Positions 5,693-7,720 of a stretch of DNA of 7,720 bases are shown here, piece after piece (the first letter of the stretch is position 1; each line of letters starts with the position of its first letter). The stretch lies in the IMG/VR virus record IMGVR_UViG_3300022231_000047, positions 1-7,720 of that record; one strand, given 5' to 3'. Under the pieces are notes generated by a model. That model was not told where the DNA came from and did no database searches. It saw only the letters and a list, made by a program, of their open reading frames with translations. Source of the stretch: a virus. A program made the position numbers and the translations under genes.

Positions 5693-5773
5693 TCATCGGT
5701 GCTCTGCCCTTCCGGCTCCGTTCTACTGGTCCGGGAGCTTCGCAATTTCCCGTTGTCGCGAGGGCTGGCTGTG

Positions 5774-6310
5774 ATGGCCTCGCAGGTGGCCGTGCTTTTC
5801 GCCCGCAAGCGGTCCGTGTATCACGGTCTGGCCGGGTGTGATGTTTGGACAGCTGAGCGGGACGCGCGGCGTTATGTGGGTTCGCATCCTGTCATCGCGC
5901 ATCCGCCGTGTCGCGCTTGGGGTCGCCTCAAGGGACAGGCCAAACCGCGATCGGACGAGCGCGAGCTGGCTTTCTTCGCTGTGGAACAGGTGCGGCGTTG
6001 TGGGGGCGTCTTGGAGCATCCGGCGTTTTCCAGTCTTTGGGGTGCGGCGGGTCTTGCTGGACCTGGCACGCGCGATCTGGCCGGGGGCTGGACGCTTCCG
6101 ATACTGCAAAGCTGGTTCGGTCATCGTGCGCCCAAAGCGACCTGGTTGTACCTGGTTGGCGTCGAGCCGTCAGATTTGCCGCTGATTCCGTTCGCTCTCG
6201 GTACTGCTCTCGGTCGTGTGGAAATGATGGGCCAAGCCGAACGGGAGAAAACGCCGTTAGAGCTTGCTACCTGGCTTGTTGCTGTCGTGCGTCGGGTGGG
6301 TCGGGTATGA
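5774..6310 (+). CDS. 178-aa hypothetical protein with a methyltransferase-core-like HPPC...LEHP motif pattern
   Basis: GAGGG (5760..5764) lies 9 nt before ATG 5774. Coding-type G/C-rich third positions are seen throughout. The motifs are PVIAHPPCRAWG (Cys46, nt 5909..5911) and GGVLEHPAFSSLW (Glu81, nt 6014..6016). The stop overlaps the next start (ATGA). Confidence 0.7.
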   Translation: MASQVAVLFARKRSVYHGLAGCDVWTAERDARRYVGSHPVIAHPPCRAWGRLKGQAKPRSDERELAFFAVEQVRRCGGVLEHPAFSSLWGAAGLAGPGTRDLAGGWTLPILQSWFGHRAPKATWLYLVGVEPSDLPLIPFALGTALGRVEMMGQAEREKTPLELATWLVAVVRRVGRV

Positions 6311-6507
6311 GCGGCACGTGTGGGAACTGCTCCGGCGGCAGGATTCTGCCGTGCGGCCCGATGGCGGGCGCGCTATGGTGTTTCGTCAAGCGTCAGGGGC
6401 GCGCGGATTCGTGGTGGTGTGACTCGTGGAAGCCCGCCCTCGGCGCGGCGCTCCCAAGGGTTACGGGACAGTTACACGTAACCAATCGCTCACTTTTGAG
6501 CAAATGA
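6307..6507 (+). CDS. 66-aa Cys/Trp-rich mini-protein, possible zinc-ribbon
   Basis: ATGA overlaps occur at both ends (6307..6310 and 6504..6507). The product begins MSGTCGNCSGGRILPCGPMAGALWCFVKRQGRADSWWCDSWKP, with Cys at positions 5, 8, 16, 25 and 38, including a CxxC pair. Confidence 0.5.
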   Translation: MSGTCGNCSGGRILPCGPMAGALWCFVKRQGRADSWWCDSWKPALGAALPRVTGQLHVTNRSLLSK

Positions 6508-7649
6508 GCGCATTTTTTAAGCAATCGGCGGCGTCGGCCGCGTCCGTCGAGGGCCATCCGGCTGCATGCCAAGTGGGTGCGGTCGTGTTCTGCGACTGGC
6601 TGACCATCTATCAGGACCATCATCAGGGCGGGCTGCCTGTTCTGAATGATGGGTATGTCGTGCGGTTCGAGTGCGACGCCTTCGGGCGTGCGGTCGATCA
6701 GGAAACCGGGGAAATCCGCCCGGTGTTCGATGCGTCGAAAGCAGAGTACACGGTCAGCCGTCGTCTTGAACACGAGGGGAGCTACGACACTCACTTAGCG
6801 GTGCGCTGCGATGGTATCCGGGTCGAGCTGTCCGGGAACGTCGGGCGCTTCGGGCGTCGGGATAACCTGTTCGGGCTGCCGGTGCTGGAAACCATCGCCA
6901 GGGCTAACGAAATCCTCGCGGTTCTCGGTCTGCCTCCGTTCACTCATGTCGAGGGCAATGGGCGCCTCGCGTTGAGCGATGGTTTCCACACTTCGCACAA
7001 TGCGGTGATCACTCGGGTTGATCTGACGGCGAATTACTCGGCCGGGTCTCGGGAGTCGGCTTATCGGGTGCTTCATTGGATGGGCGGTCAGGCGACCGTC
7101 AAGAAAGCGTCGCAGGGGCCGAAGGGGTACGGCAACGGTGTTACCTGGAATGAGGGCAGCAAGCGGCATTATGAGAAGCTGTATTACAAAGCTGATGAGC
7201 TTGGCAAGCATTGCTCGGATGAGGTCAGGGAGTATTGCGAATCGGCGGGAATACTCCGGTACGAGGTAAGTCTCAAATCCCGGCAACTGCTCCGGGATAA
7301 TCTTCAATCTATGGTGAGTTGGTCAAAGGTCGTCGGGGGTGAACGTATGGATAACGTGGTGTTTGGTCGGTTCGCTGAGGTTCTGACGCGCAATCAGGTA
7401 ACGGTAACGGACGTGCAGGATATTCCCGGCAAGCTCGGGCTTATCGCGCGGTCGTATCTCAACGGGGAAAACCCTTACAAGACTCTGCAAGCGGGCGCTT
7501 CCACGATTCGCCGTTGGCGTCGTGAGCTTCTCGCGTATGGGATCGACATTTCGCAACCGTGCGACATTCTGCGGGTGGGTGTGCGGGTCCGTCTTGTCGA
7601 ACTGCGTCCGGTCGCTGTTCCGGCGTGGTACTCGCGTGAGGCTGCCTGA
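6504..7649 (+). CDS. Rolling-circle replication initiator, gpII / RstA / Phage_CRI-like, 381 aa
   Basis: Family hallmarks can be read in the translation: CDWLT near the N-terminus, LSGNVGRFGRRDNLFG (GN...N-FG box), ITRVDLTANY, KLYYKADEL (Tyr-x-Lys region) and LRYEVSLKSRQL. The start at ATG 6504 is preferred because of the ATGA coupling. GTG 6426 is the alternative and would overlap the 66-aa ORF by 82 nt. Confidence 0.85.
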   Translation: MSAFFKQSAASAASVEGHPAACQVGAVVFCDWLTIYQDHHQGGLPVLNDGYVVRFECDAFGRAVDQETGEIRPVFDASKAEYTVSRRLEHEGSYDTHLAVRCDGIRVELSGNVGRFGRRDNLFGLPVLETIARANEILAVLGLPPFTHVEGNGRLALSDGFHTSHNAVITRVDLTANYSAGSRESAYRVLHWMGGQATVKKASQGPKGYGNGVTWNEGSKRHYEKLYYKADELGKHCSDEVREYCESAGILRYEVSLKSRQLLRDNLQSMVSWSKVVGGERMDNVVFGRFAEVLTRNQVTVTDVQDIPGKLGLIARSYLNGENPYKTLQAGASTIRRWRRELLAYGIDISQPCDILRVGVRVRLVELRPVAVPAWYSREAA

Positions 7650-7720
7650 TGGGCTACTCCTGGTCGGGGGTTTGCTACGAGTCGGGCGAGTTGGCGCGGG
7701 ATGCGTTTGCCGCAGGGCTG
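7649..7720 (+). CDS. N-terminal part of a junction-spanning 106-aa hypothetical membrane protein (continues at 1..293)
   Basis: The ATG at 7649 overlaps the Rep stop (TGA 7647..7649) as an ATGA junction. Mapping 7677 onto 1 puts this frame in register with the ORF ending at 293. The joined product is MGYSWSGVCYESGELARDAF...VLIVAALFFAMVMGFRSGFRA, with a C-terminal TM helix. Confidence 0.7.
   Translation, partial: MGYSWSGVCYESGELARDAFAAGL
7677..7720. repeat. Terminal redundancy, copy B (identical to 1..44)
   Basis: Exact 44/44 identity to 1..44, which implies a 7,676-bp circular or tandem unit. Confidence 0.97.

Larger units (their letters stand above)
1..7676 (+). mobile_element. Complete circular filamentous-phage (inovirus-like) genome unit, 7,676 bp, either replicative form or a circularly permuted assembly
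   Basis: A full inovirus module set is present: gpII-type Rep, gVp-like candidate, small hydrophobic proteins, signal-peptide major coat protein, pIII-like, pVI-like and Zot/pI-like proteins. All are on one strand, with one divergent repressor. The window ends repeat the window start, and an ORF reads in frame across the junction. Confidence 0.85.

Noticed and set aside
5675-5773. TTG 5675 extension of the 178-aa ORF
   Set aside because: It uses a rare start codon, has no RBS and its extension is a Ser/Arg/Leu-rich tail. GAGGG-9-ATG at 5774 is a much better initiation context.
6426-6503. GTG 6426 as the Rep start
   Set aside because: It would overlap the Cys-rich ORF by 82 nt and add an Arg/Pro-rich N-terminal tail. 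ATG 6504 forms an ATGA coupling like other junctions in this genome. It is kept as an alternative.
6795-7307. 170-aa minus-strand ORF antisense to Rep
   Set aside because: The sense frame carries unmistakable gpII-family motifs. The antisense frame has no start context or recognisable features and would break the single-strand gene polarity of inoviruses.
1-7720. Scan for tRNA, rRNA, CRISPR arrays or IS elements
   Set aside because: No cloverleaf-like segments, no regularly spaced direct repeats and no transposase-like ORFs or terminal inverted repeats were seen. The only long repeat is the 44-bp end redundancy.

Overview
The window is one complete, circularly permuted genome of a GC-rich filamentous phage (inovirus-like). 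The unit is 7,676 bp, and its first 44 bp are repeated at the window end (1..44 = 7677..7720). One ORF crosses this junction in frame. All genes but one lie on the + strand, and most are linked by ATGA, TAATG or TGATG stop/start overlaps. Gene order in window coordinates: junction-spanning 106-aa membrane protein, 38-aa hydrophobic protein, major coat protein, 98-aa secreted ORF, 522-aa pIII-like adsorption protein, pVI-like protein, Zot/pI-like P-loop assembly ATPase, small winged-HTH regulator with its own repeated operators, a 485-bp structured non-coding region, a minus-strand HTH repressor with two C-terminal TM helices, a divergent promoter/operator switch, a gVp-like ssDNA-binding candidate, an unassigned 178-aa protein with a methyltransferase-like motif pattern, a 66-aa Cys-rich mini-protein, and a gpII-type rolling-circle Rep. 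No secretin, integrase, tRNA or CRISPR array is visible. Four points deserve most attention. (1) A near-canonical dif-like XerC/D site lies inside the codons of the repressor's last TM helix. (2) The repressor itself appears to be membrane-anchored. (3) The 178-aa HPPC...LEHP protein is translationally chained through the Cys-rich peptide to Rep. (4) A second regulator is bracketed by four copies of a TATCCAGGT motif. All functional calls come from reading motifs, not from database searches.
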